Source of the DNA: a virus
Lineage: Duplodnaviria > Caudoviricetes
Virus record (IMG/VR): IMGVR_UViG_2889931527_000001
Reading direction: 5' to 3' (one strand)
DNA: 64,000 nucleotides
In this document: positions 30,680-40,247 of the stretch, one piece after another
How the letters are laid out: the number at the start of each line of letters is the position of its first letter
Numbering within the stretch: position 1 is the first letter of the stretch
Notes under the pieces: model-generated
Told to the model about the DNA's origin: nothing
What the model saw: only the letters and a program-made list of their open reading frames with translations
The model's database searches: none
Translations under genes and position numbers: made by a program

Positions 30680-32575
30680 TTATTTCCCGTTATAGTCAAT
30701 ATAGATTTTCGCGCCATGCTCGCGCAAATACTCGCGTACCGCTTCCATTGCTGCCGGGTCGCATGATGTAAAGCGGCTTTTCCGCATTGTTACGCCTTCC
30801 ATAGTGCCGGGCAAATCCTCCCAAAAGAGCGAATCAGGTAAATTGATATTACCGGACACAATTAGCACGGACGGCCCACGGTGCAGCGTCATGTAATGCA
30901 ATCCGCGCTTGTGTTTGGGCTTGACGATGATTTTAGCCGCGTCATCATATTGCGCATAGCGTACAGGCTCCCAGCTCGACCACGTTGCAGCCGTAGTCGA
31001 TACGCCACCGAATTCACTTTCTTTGATGATCGTCACCCGCTCGCCGGTGGGAATGTTTGCGCGTGTAAGCCGTTCGCGGATTGAGTTGCGTTCAGACATG
31101 CGGCGATAAAGCCACATTTTAAGATCATCAATAGATACCGCTTGGACAATTTCCCTTGTGATCGTGTCCATATGCGGCTCCATTGCGTTTTTGTAGTCCT
31201 CTGACGTTTTCCAATCGCCGCCGCATAAGTCTAATTTTTCAATGGTTTCTGCGCTGATGTCCTCAATGCAGCGCGCCGCGTCGAGAACCTCCGGGTTTTG
31301 TTCCGGTTCGGCGGGGATGGGCAGACGTTCGGCGCAACCATCCCACGGCGCGACGGCGATATAACGGGCATAGTTATAGCCTTCATCATCTACAACCGCC
31401 CAAAGTTCGCCGGTCGTGGTATAGATAGCGGTTGCGAGTGTATACCATTTCACGCTTTCGCGCTCGTCTGCGTCCATGTTATGGCAGTCAATCATTGAGC
31501 CAATACGGGCGTCAAATGTGCGGCTACCGCCTACGGCGCGGAAAAGTTCGGGTACATCATGCAACAAAGCTTTTTCGCCCCATGCGTTGAGCAGTTCGGC
31601 GGGTGCGGTGATTTCTTCCAAAATAATGCAATCAGAAATATCAACCGCGTTTTCTTCTGCGGCTTCGCGAGCTTCATTCAGATCGGACGCTTTACGCGTA
31701 AGCGGTGCGCTGGGGATGATATATTGTTCTGATTCTTCCAGCGCGCGGACGGTCGCCGCTGCTTTCAATGCTTCAATAGCTGCATGGGCTTCGGCTTCCC
31801 GCCGTTCAAATTCTTTTGCGGCTTCTGCGCGGCGTGCTTTTTCTTCTTCCCATTCGCGTTTCTGGCGTTCTTCTTCCTTGCGCTGTTCTTCTGCAATTCG
31901 GGCGCGGAAAGCTTCGATTTCCTGCGTCTGTGCTTCGGTGGGTTCGGTCTGTTTGTAGTTGTAAGCGATTCCGACAGTCTCATAAAAGTTAACATCAAAA
32001 TAGTCTGTCATGCTGTCCGAATCATCGTAGTTATAAGATTTCAGCAGTTGGCGCGCGTAATCTTCAATAGCAGATAATTCCGGGGACTTTTCAGCCCATT
32101 CCCGCATATTTTCACAGCCTTTAGCGTTTTCGTAGGGGGCCGAAACAAGATAGACATTAACGGAGTTATAACCCGCCGTCGTCACGCTCCATTTTGTACC
32201 GGGAAAACGCTGGGACAGATGCTTTTTGACCGTTGCGGCAATTTCCTTGTTAGACATGCCGCGCTTGTAGTTGCTGCCAACAAAACGCGCGTGGCAATCA
32301 TCGCCACCAGGGCCGGGGGTCCAGCGCGTGCGCTCCCAAAGATCGGGAATGCTTTCGGCGGTTACGCTTGTAACGGTTTCCGCGCTCTCAGCGTTTGCAA
32401 TCTGCATTGCGATTTTCAGAGTCTTTTCAGACTGCCGCGCCCACCATAAACGCTGCGCGCGGCTCCACCGATAACCGGCGGCCTTGATTGCTTCCAGCAC
32501 ATCGGCGGCGGGCTTTCTGTCAAAGCGGATTTCTACGCCATTCTTTTCGGCGTTCAGTGTGTATGTTGCGTTCAT
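30680..32575 (-). CDS. LPD29 (large polyvalent protein-associated domain) protein
   Basis: KEIAATVKKHL...KWSV...SYNYDDSDSMTDYFDVNFY. Confidence 0.75.
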   Translation of the reverse strand: MNATYTLNAEKNGVEIRFDRKPAADVLEAIKAAGYRWSRAQRLWWARQSEKTLKIAMQIANAESAETVTSVTAESIPDLWERTRWTPGPGGDDCHARFVGSNYKRGMSNKEIAATVKKHLSQRFPGTKWSVTTAGYNSVNVYLVSAPYENAKGCENMREWAEKSPELSAIEDYARQLLKSYNYDDSDSMTDYFDVNFYETVGIAYNYKQTEPTEAQTQEIEAFRARIAEEQRKEEERQKREWEEEKARRAEAAKEFERREAEAHAAIEALKAAATVRALEESEQYIIPSAPLTRKASDLNEAREAAEENAVDISDCIILEEITAPAELLNAWGEKALLHDVPELFRAVGGSRTFDARIGSMIDCHNMDADERESVKWYTLATAIYTTTGELWAVVDDEGYNYARYIAVAPWDGCAERLPIPAEPEQNPEVLDAARCIEDISAETIEKLDLCGGDWKTSEDYKNAMEPHMDTITREIVQAVSIDDLKMWLYRRMSERNSIRERLTRANIPTGERVTIIKESEFGGVSTTAATWSSWEPVRYAQYDDAAKIIVKPKHKRGLHYMTLHRGPSVLIVSGNINLPDSLFWEDLPGTMEGVTMRKSRFTSCDPAAMEAVREYLREHGAKIYIDYNGK

Positions 32576-32682
32576 TGTTGTTTTCTCCTTTCTTAAATCC
32601 CCCACGCCATGCACAGCAGCGGCGCGGCAATAATAAACGTGAAAAGTAAAAATACTAAAATGTTTTTCAACTGTATACCCCC

Positions 32683-33054
32683 TTATGCCGTCAGTTCGAT
32701 GTAAAATGAGCCGTCGCAATCTTCGACGCACCAATGGTACCCGCCAAGGTAATACTCGCAGCGCCCAGTGCTTTCGTTCCAATACGCTTCCCGGTCGTTC
32801 CAACAACCGTTTTCAATGCTTTCGATGATTCCGTCTTTCCATCCGACAAAATGCTCGGCAAATTCGGTTTTCTCAATCGCGTTAAAAAAGCGATTTACTG
32901 CCGTTTTCCAGCGTTTGCAATCCGTCATCAGGTCTGCGCAAATTGTTCCGTATTTAGGATTCTTGACGATGGCGACCAATTCATAGTCTTGTTTATGTTC
33001 GCATTCGCAAAACGCATCGAAGTTTTCAAAAATCATAGTTTTCATTATTCGCAC
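32683..33054 (-). CDS. Hypothetical protein
   Basis: First ORF after a minus-strand promoter. Confidence 0.6.
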   Translation of the reverse strand: MRIMKTMIFENFDAFCECEHKQDYELVAIVKNPKYGTICADLMTDCKRWKTAVNRFFNAIEKTEFAEHFVGWKDGIIESIENGCWNDREAYWNESTGRCEYYLGGYHWCVEDCDGSFYIELTA

Positions 33055-33094
33055 CGCACTTTCTGTATTGTGTTCTGTTCTTTCGTTGTGTCTA

Positions 33095-33202
33095 TATTAT
33101 TACATGGTTTAACCATATTATCAAGTAGTAAATTTGCACAAAGTTAAACCATGTATTTTGCATAATTTATGTATTGTTAAGTTAATGAATAGCGTGTATA
33201 AT
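33095..33202. promoter_or_regulatory. Divergent promoters with ATGGTTTAACCAT-type operators
   Basis: Palindrome near 33105-33117, half-site near 33143; TATAAT near 33197. Confidence 0.6.
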
Positions 33203-33221
33203 GTTGCCGGGAGGTGATACC

Positions 33222-33401
33222 GTGGCTTTGACAGAATCACAGCGACGCGCAAACAATAAATATATTGCCAAACACATGACCGTTTTAGGTTGTAAGGTTC
33301 GCAAAGACTATGCCGAGACGGTACGAGAAAAGGCGAAAGCAGAGGGAACGACAGTGAATGCGATATTGAGAAAAGCGCTTGATGATTTCATGCAAGAATA
33401 A
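33222..33401 (+). CDS. Arc/RHH-like small regulator
   Basis: SQRRANNKY...KAKAEGTTVNAIL. Confidence 0.7.
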   Translation: MALTESQRRANNKYIAKHMTVLGCKVRKDYAETVREKAKAEGTTVNAILRKALDDFMQE

Positions 33402-33434
33402 GAGCAGCCCGGCGAGTGATCGCCGGGCTTTGTT

Positions 33435-33599
33435 TTAGTCCTGCGCGCGAGAAAGCGCGGCGGCATAGCTTTTAAAAATGTATTGTCCTGCTTTTCGCAT
33501 CTGCTCGACTTCTGCTTTGGTCAAGTGAATTTCTTGCACATCGCCGGAAGGCTGGCCGAAAGCATCTAGCGGGAGAATATACCATTTACCTTTGTGCAT
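33435..33599 (-). CDS. Small hypothetical protein
   Basis: Own translation MHKGKWYILPLDAFG...; RBS GGAG. Confidence 0.5.
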   Translation of the reverse strand: MHKGKWYILPLDAFGQPSGDVQEIHLTKAEVEQMRKAGQYIFKSYAAALSRAQD

Positions 33600-33660
33600 T
33601 GTTATCGCTCCATTTTATATAAAGGCGTCTTGATTTCGTTGCCTTACTTGGTTTATAATC

Positions 33661-33745
33661 AAGGTAGCCGGGGTAAGGCTCCCGGCTTGCCTTGTGCGTT
33701 GGCTTGCGGTGTTGCTTTGCGGGCGTTACCGCAAGCCGTTATTTA
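33661..33745 (+). ncRNA. Putative antisense sRNA
   Basis: TTGATT/TATAAT promoter at 33630-33659, two hairpins, T-rich tail. Confidence 0.55.
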
Positions 33746-33868
33746 ATTTGTTTTAGCCTGCCGGATGATTTCAGCGGCTTCGCTTGGCGTCTTGGCGGTT
33801 GCTTCGATCAGCTTCGCCAAGGTTTCCAAGAATGCGTTGAACTCTGCATTCGTCATGCCTTCGGTCAT
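33743..33868 (-). CDS. 41-aa peptide MTEGMTNAEFNAFLETLAKLIE...
   Basis: RBS GAGG; own translation. Confidence 0.55.
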   Translation of the reverse strand: MTEGMTNAEFNAFLETLAKLIEATAKTPSEAAEIIRQAKTN

Positions 33869-34063
33869 TACCTCACTTCCTTTCATAAGAGGTTTGCGCC
33901 TCTGCCTTACAAATATATTATAGTCTATTTTATGACTACACGCAATAGGTAATAGATATTTTTATGACTATATTTCTGCTAAATATATAGCTATAATTTT
34001 GTCTATAATGACCAGAAAAAATGATGGGTGCTAATGGCTATATATAGTGTAAGGGTGATGTAA

Positions 34064-34276
34064 ATGATTAGATATAAGTTTGACGTGCTGGAAAGTTTGA
34101 AGAAAACCGGAATCACGACGTATTCACTAACAAAAATCTATAAAATGTCCCCAGCAATAGTGCAAAAGCTGCGGGAAAACGATTGCAATATTAGTGTATT
34201 GACGATCAATAAACTATGTGGAATGTTACAATGTCAACCAGGCGATTTGTTGGAATGGTTGCCCGATGATAAATAA
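34064..34276 (+). CDS. Cro/C1-type HTH protein
   Basis: TINKLCGMLQCQPGDLLEW; TAGTC..GACTA-type operators upstream (33920-34010). Confidence 0.85.
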   Translation: MIRYKFDVLESLKKTGITTYSLTKIYKMSPAIVQKLRENDCNISVLTINKLCGMLQCQPGDLLEWLPDDK

Positions 34277-34849
34277 TGGTATATGTGTAATTAAATAGAA
34301 TTTTACGAAAAAAATTACATGTTTGATGGAAAATAATTCAATGGAATAAATTAGAAATAACCTTGAATTTCTCGCGCTTGCGCGTAGGGGTAACACGCGG
34401 TTCAAAAATCCCCCCGGCACTGGATATGATATATTGTTTTCGGGATCGAACCGGTGAATATATCGTTAGGGCGCGATAAAAAATTCCACGGGACTTTAAT
34501 GTGTTTCCAACACAAAATCAAAAAAATCAAAGTTTGATAGGAAATATTAAAAGTGTACTTAGCATTTTTCGTAAGAATTTTGCAAGTACACTTTCCGATT
34601 TTATGGAGGTTTGATGATATGGATTTTGTAGGATGTTGCAAGGTATGTGTTTCAAATGCGGAATTTGTAAAGCAATTCAATCGCATTACTGGAAATCATT
34701 TGGGAGAACGCCGAAATCCAATCGAGATTGCGATAGATCAAGCATGCGGATACGACCCGGATAAATCGTTAATGCAAGCCTTTTGCACATTTGTGTTTGA
34801 GTATGTATGGGTTCCGATGACTGCGCAATGTGGAACGGAGATGGAATGA

Positions 34850-35518
34850 ATGTCTGAGAAAACATCCAATTGCATTTGTACGCGCTGTTTCCATAGCTAT
34901 GTTTGCGAAAAATACAATGCGGATAGAGATGCAGCCCGTGACAGATGTGCATATAATAACGATCACTTTGTTGGATTCGATGCAATAAATATCAATGTGC
35001 AAGACTCCAAAGCGAGTTCATCCGATTATCTACGTGGTACGGCTCCATACAAAGTAAAGCATATCGCGGGCTACATTATATTACGACACAATCAATATCG
35101 GATTGCGATTCAAAATCTGCGATTGCAGTACATATTGTATGCAGCATGGATTGAGTATTCATACCATAATAATAGGAGTTTGTTCAACGAAGATTTCTAT
35201 GCGATGAATTTTGGGCCAGCGTGCCTTGATGTATATTGGAAATACTGCGCATGGGGCGGGATGGATATATCTGTGAGCGAAGCTTTACTATATGAAGATA
35301 GGCTGCACTTAGATACCGAAGATATAGATTTCCTTGACCGAATTGTTGGAAAGTATGCGCATATATCCACTCATGATCTGAGTGAATGGACGCGCATGGA
35401 GGGTTCGCCATGGCATCATATATATAAAGAGTTGCATAGACCGAATAGAAGGATTCCATTCGATATGATAAGAAGAATGGGGCAAACATTTAATTCATAT
35501 AATAATACTGTGAATTAA
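34850..35518 (+). CDS. Panacea (SocA/DUF4065)-like antitoxin domain protein
   Basis: NLRLQYILY, LFNEDFYAMNFGP, LSEWTRMEGSPW. Confidence 0.75.
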   Translation: MSEKTSNCICTRCFHSYVCEKYNADRDAARDRCAYNNDHFVGFDAININVQDSKASSSDYLRGTAPYKVKHIAGYIILRHNQYRIAIQNLRLQYILYAAWIEYSYHNNRSLFNEDFYAMNFGPACLDVYWKYCAWGGMDISVSEALLYEDRLHLDTEDIDFLDRIVGKYAHISTHDLSEWTRMEGSPWHHIYKELHRPNRRIPFDMIRRMGQTFNSYNNTVN

Positions 35519-35526
35519 AAACAAAA

Positions 35527-35660
35527 GTCGCTCCGCCTACGATCATAAACAAAAGTACCTATAAAGCTTGACTCGCTCCGCATACTGCTATAACCAAAAG
35601 TGGGGATAAGACCGACTCCCTCCACTCACGATCATAACCAAAAGCGGGGGATAGGTTGTA
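35527..35660 (+). repeat. Three degenerate 44-45 bp tandem repeats
   Basis: Shared TCSCTCC...ATAAMCAAAAG...ATA core. Confidence 0.7.
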
Positions 35661-35971
35661 AGTAATTCGATTGTGTGGTATAATCAATCGTGTAGAGAAA
35701 ACGGCGCTTGTATCAGTTTTGACTGATCTATGCACAAACGAAAAGAGCAACATCCTACGACTGGTACTTGTGGGATGTTGCTCTTTTTATTTTTGAATAT
35801 AAAAAGGACCTTTCCGAATGGTGGAATACTCAGAAAGACCCTCATGCTGATACAGAAAAATGAACTCTATTCATAACACTATGAACAATCAAAGAATCCT
35901 GTAGCTTGAATATGTAGCTTATTTATATTATACAGCATTCATATACAAAAAGCAAGCGATTGCAGAAGATT

Positions 35972-36730
35972 TTAAGCGACTCCTACCATCAAGAGTCGGA
36001 ATGTCTCACGCCCTTTGGGCGTGACCATAGTTTGCGTACCGCCCCATTGTGTTTTTTCATTGTAGCATTCTTTCAACTCAAAAATTTCATCATCCACATG
36101 GGTCTGATACGGCATTAGCTTGCCTTTCCTGTCTCGGTACAAATACTTTTTCTCTAACAGGAATGAAACAAACTTATTCTGCTGGATGCCAAGTTCTTTT
36201 GCGGTTTCACGCAAACCGGTCAGCAAATTACGATCAACCAGTTCATCAAAGTATGCAGCTTTGGGAGCCATGATTTGATTTTCTACTGTCAGTGCAGAGA
36301 TACGGGCTTCGCGCTCGGCCAGCGTCTTTTGCGCAACCATCAACGCCTTTGCCATTAGTTCTTCGGCGCTCATTTCCTCTTGACCAGCGATATATCCACC
36401 GTGCTTGCGGATGGAAGGAATAACTTCATCTGCGATCTTCGCTTGGAAAGCTTCGGCTGCGGCGTTCTTCGCTTTCATCGCAAGGCGATAGAAAATGTTT
36501 TCCGGGATGAAACCATCTTTCGCCCACTTGTGGTCGAAACCAAATTCATCCAAAAATCCAAAGACGCGCTCCCAACGAATCGTGTTGTACTCAACCCCAT
36601 TTTTGGTTTCCGTCTTAGTGAATCCTAATCCGCGTGCCACACTTTCCAGTTTGAGATAGGCCGTGCCATCTTTTTCAAAGCACTCGACCCCACTGATGTT
36701 GATAATCTCGGTGATGTAATTTTCTTCCAT
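35972..36730 (-). CDS. Antirepressor (BRO-like + KilAC/ANT)
   Basis: EVIPSIRKHGGY; PKAAYFDELVD...TPKGRETF. Confidence 0.9.
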   Translation of the reverse strand: MEENYITEIINISGVECFEKDGTAYLKLESVARGLGFTKTETKNGVEYNTIRWERVFGFLDEFGFDHKWAKDGFIPENIFYRLAMKAKNAAAEAFQAKIADEVIPSIRKHGGYIAGQEEMSAEELMAKALMVAQKTLAEREARISALTVENQIMAPKAAYFDELVDRNLLTGLRETAKELGIQQNKFVSFLLEKKYLYRDRKGKLMPYQTHVDDEIFELKECYNEKTQWGGTQTMVTPKGRETFRLLMVGVA

Positions 36731-36771
36731 ACTATTTTCTCCTTTCAAGTGTTTCATTTTTTTTGGAAATT

Positions 36772-36845
36772 AAAAAGGCGCGGAACACACCAAATCATAC
36801 TCAACTACTACTTAGCTAGTATGGTTTGGCGCGTTCCGCGCCGTA
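36772..36845 (-). promoter_or_regulatory. Attenuator-like leader of the antirepressor
   Basis: GGCGCGGAAC...GTTCCGCGCC-TTTTT downstream of a TGATATAAT promoter. Confidence 0.65.
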
Positions 36846-36950
36846 ATAATCATATTGGATTACACCCATTATATCATAAGTGGAGCATCCGGGGCAAGAA
36901 AAATTTATAAAATATCGTGTGATGCAAATTCTTTGTGGATTGTCGTGGTA

Positions 36951-37991
36951 TTAGTCATTCAGGGCAACAACAGCAAAGAATCTTGAATCTATAATCCCTA
37001 CCCCAATCGAATATTGCCCATCTGTATAACATTCTATCGGGCCATTACCACCCTCAAAGTCGCCGACATAAATAAATCCGCATTTCAGTAAAAGGGAATG
37101 GTAATCAATTAAAAGGTTTTCATTCTGTGAAAGTGCGTCATCCAGATCGAGTACATCATAATAATATCCATCCAGACCGGCAAGTTTACCAATATCCGAC
37201 TCTGGAATACCCGCAAACGCTCCAAAATCAGGAACACTTGGATATCGACTATAATAAGCTATATCCTCTGTTCCTGCACTCTCTCCCATATAAAAGAACG
37301 TATTGCCATCTGTTTGATAGGTGGAAATCATCACAGAAAACGTGCCTTCTGGAGAATACCCAAACGAAACATACAATCCGTCCTTTTTATACTGATCGAC
37401 CTTTCCGACTTGAACGACTCCCCATTTTGTATCAAAATCGAATTTATTTACAAACTGGAATCCAGCAGATTCCAACAACCTTCGATACGGTATGGTGCCA
37501 ATGGTTCCGGAAGTACCGTTGTAGACATACACCGTTGCACTTCCATCATTGGATGTCTTAATATCTTGTAATGTTGTATCATCTGGATAAAGCGTTGCAA
37601 AGTCAGGAACAGAGGGATAGTCTTTGTATCCAGAAAAATCACTTGTCTCATTTTGCGGGATATCGCTGGCTCCGTCACCTACTACAACCGCATTCTGGCT
37701 CTCATTCCACCCAATTTCGACACCCAATGTTTCGGATAATTTACGTACAGGTAAATATACCGTCCACCCTCCATTTTCATCCTCATACGTAATACTTCCA
37801 GGAGCAGATGTTCCATTTTGAAGTGTATAATTTTCTCCTTCTTTAGAAATTGTCTTGCCATCAGCTATTACATTCACTAAGTTTGGAGTCATTGAGCCTG
37901 TTACGGCAGCAAATGCCGGGATTATTAGTCCGGATATAGCACATGAGCAAAAAATCCCCGCAAAAAAACTTTTTCTGTCAAAGTTTTTCAT
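36951..37991 (-). CDS. Secreted/surface moron protein (signal peptide, Cu-amine-oxidase-N-like stalk domain)
   Basis: Signal peptide; YLPVRKLSETLGVEIGWN. Confidence 0.7.
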   Translation of the reverse strand: MKNFDRKSFFAGIFCSCAISGLIIPAFAAVTGSMTPNLVNVIADGKTISKEGENYTLQNGTSAPGSITYEDENGGWTVYLPVRKLSETLGVEIGWNESQNAVVVGDGASDIPQNETSDFSGYKDYPSVPDFATLYPDDTTLQDIKTSNDGSATVYVYNGTSGTIGTIPYRRLLESAGFQFVNKFDFDTKWGVVQVGKVDQYKKDGLYVSFGYSPEGTFSVMISTYQTDGNTFFYMGESAGTEDIAYYSRYPSVPDFGAFAGIPESDIGKLAGLDGYYYDVLDLDDALSQNENLLIDYHSLLLKCGFIYVGDFEGGNGPIECYTDGQYSIGVGIIDSRFFAVVALND

Positions 37992-38191
37992 AATAATACC
38001 TCTTTCAAACCCTAATTTCCTTGTAATGATTTACATGTATTTGATATACCTCCAATATCATATTTTTATTTTACCATATCAAGAATCTATTTCCAATACA
38101 AATACAAAGAAATATTTTCTAAAAACACCTTGACTTTTTGTGCTCCAACAATTATACTGTATTTAGAGAGTGCAGAAAGTAGGTGATTAAA

Positions 38192-38365
38192 ATGAGCCCT
38201 CGCACAGGGCGTCCAAAAGCAGAAAATCCATTAAATGTAAATTTAAAGGTGCGTTTTGACCAAGAAACCAATAATCGATTGTTGGATTATTGCGAAAAGC
38301 ATGGGGTTACACGCACAGAAGCGATTCGTCGTGGGATACATTTGCTTTTGGAACAAGAAAAATAA
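38192..38365 (+). CDS. CopG/RHH small regulator
   Basis: MSPRTGRPK...TRTEAIRRGI. Confidence 0.8.
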   Translation: MSPRTGRPKAENPLNVNLKVRFDQETNNRLLDYCEKHGVTRTEAIRRGIHLLLEQEK

Positions 38366-38425
38366 GGTGTCGGCTCCCTGACAAAGAATACGACACCTTA
38401 GAACACCAATCCCGAAGGGATGGTA
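38360..38425 (-). ncRNA. Putative antisense sRNA
   Basis: Minus-strand TTGTAA / TG-TATAAT promoter; terminator AGGTGTCG..CGACACCT-TATTTTT. Confidence 0.55.
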
Positions 38426-38479
38426 AATCTATTATACCATATCCTTCGGGGTTTACAAGACACCAGGAGGAAAAGCAAA

Positions 38480-38740
38480 ATGAAAAACAGACCCTTTCCA
38501 GAGATCATAAACGCGCACCATGCGGATGCACTAAGCCGAATGGAAGAAGATGCAGAACTGAATGCGTTGTACGAAGCGGAATGGTCGTTGCCGTGCGAAG
38601 ATGTTCGCAGCATGCTAGATAGCGGCGACGTGAACGCGGCTTCTGATTTCATCGCAATGCACCAAGTCAAGACCGAGCGCATGGGATTCCTGCTGGGCTA
38701 CCGCTACGCCATGCAGCTTGCACGGGAAATCTTTGTATAA
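38480..38740 (+). CDS. Hypothetical protein (identical to 50535-50795)
   Basis: Duplicated ORF. Confidence 0.7.
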   Translation: MKNRPFPEIINAHHADALSRMEEDAELNALYEAEWSLPCEDVRSMLDSGDVNAASDFIAMHQVKTERMGFLLGYRYAMQLAREIFV

Positions 38741-38760
38741 TTCACACAAAGAATATACCC

Positions 38761-38870
38761 TTGACTTCGGCTGAAAAATCGCATATACTATGACCACACA
38801 AACGGCGCACTTCCGCGCCACTCATACAGTCAAACTGTATTGGTGGTCGGGGTGCGCCGTTTTTCGTTTT
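38761..38870 (+). promoter_or_regulatory. Promoter (TTGACT-17-TATACT) plus attenuator leader
   Basis: ACGGCGCAC...GTGCGCCGT-TTTT stem. Confidence 0.7.
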
Positions 38871-38890
38871 CTCAGAAAGGAGCATGCTAT

Positions 38891-39646
38891 ATGAATGAAT
38901 TGCAAATTTTCCAGAATGCAGAGTTTGGAACGATTCGAACAATCGAGGAAAACGGCAAAGTGCTGTTCTGCGGGTCGGATGTGGCTAAGGCATTGGGATA
39001 TAAGAATCCTACAAAAGCCATTGCAGACCACTGCAAAGGAACTGTGGAGAGACGGGCTAACGATTCGTTAGGTCGTCAGCAGAATATGAAATTTATCACC
39101 GAAGGCGATATTTACCGCTTGGGGGCAAAGTCTGAGTTACCGGGTGCAGATAAGTTTGAATGCTGGATTTTTGATGAAGTCCTCCCCTCTATCCGCAAGC
39201 ATGGCGCATACATGACACCTGAAACACTGGAAGCTGCAATCATGAATCCTGATACACTTATCAAGATTGCAACTGCGCTCAAGGATGAACAAGAGAAGCG
39301 CAAGGCATTGGAAATCGCCAATTCCGAACTAACTGTTGACAACCAGATCATGAAACCCAAAGCGGACTATTTCGATGAAATCGTAGATAGGAACCTACTT
39401 ACCAATTTCCGCGAAACGGCAAAGCAACTTAATGTGCCGCCGAGAAAGTTTGTAAGCTTCCTGATCGAAAAGAAATATGCCTATCGAGATAAGAAAGGTA
39501 AGCTCCAACCGTACCAGCAGTATGTGGAAAGCGGCCTGTTCTGCCTGAAAGAGTGCTTGAATGAAAAGACCGGATGGGGAGGAACACAAACACTCATTAC
39601 GCCGAAGGGACGTGAAACGTTTCGGCTGCTGTTTATTGCTGCGTAA
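38891..39646 (+). CDS. Antirepressor (BRO-N + KilAC)
   Basis: LFCGSDVAKALGY, EVLPSIRKHG, TPKGRETF. Confidence 0.92.
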   Translation: MNELQIFQNAEFGTIRTIEENGKVLFCGSDVAKALGYKNPTKAIADHCKGTVERRANDSLGRQQNMKFITEGDIYRLGAKSELPGADKFECWIFDEVLPSIRKHGAYMTPETLEAAIMNPDTLIKIATALKDEQEKRKALEIANSELTVDNQIMKPKADYFDEIVDRNLLTNFRETAKQLNVPPRKFVSFLIEKKYAYRDKKGKLQPYQQYVESGLFCLKECLNEKTGWGGTQTLITPKGRETFRLLFIAA

Positions 39647-39713
39647 CCTATCATAGAATTTTAGCATTGAATATAGCCACTCAATATGCATTTTCTATGA
39701 AAGGAGCACAGAA

Positions 39714-40021
39714 ATGAATCAAACGTCTACGTTGCAAATTTTGAAGTCCGAAACATTTGGAACAGTAAAATGTGATTTCTATGGCGACGGAAATCAAGTA
39801 TACATGACCCGAGAGCAAATCGGAACTGCTTTAGGATATTCCAACCCCAAACGCGCCATTTCAGATATTCACAAGAGACACAAGGAAAGACTGGACAAGT
39901 TCTCAAGGGTAACGCAGATTGCGTACCCCTCCGGTGGAAAACAAGATGTGTATATCTACAACAGAAAAGGCGTTATGGAAATCTGCCGATGGAGTCAACA
40001 GGAAAAAGCTGATGCTTTTAT
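39714..40021 (+). pseudogene. BRO-N gene interrupted by a mini-IS
   Basis: MTREQIGTALGY...EICRWSQQEKADAF then the element. Confidence 0.75.
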
Positions 40022-40190
40022 CGAAGGCGGCGTAATACCCCTTGCTTCAGCTATGGGGATATAAGCCGCCTCAATGTGGTAGGGCGGGACACGCCCAAAC
40101 CTATACGCTCGGGGAGATCGTGTAAGACCTGCTTGCAGGCAATGGTCGCTGAACTGAGAATCCCCTGCCTTTAGGCATGGGGAGTGTCAA
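40022..40190 (+). mobile_element. tnpB-less IS200/IS605 mini-element, copy 2 (chimeric)
   Basis: After TTTAT; left end matches the full element, body matches copy 1; ends TCAA. Confidence 0.9.
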
Positions 40191-40247
40191 GTGTGGCTAA
40201 GGAAGCGCAAGAACAGTGAAATGAGTATTGAGAAAGAGGGTTTTATT

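Noticed and set aside
38980-38990. Mini-element 2 guide matching the antirepressor genes (TGTGGCTAAGG; also 51034)
   Set aside because: Only 11 nt, first guide base mismatched and no TTTAT; compatible with chance
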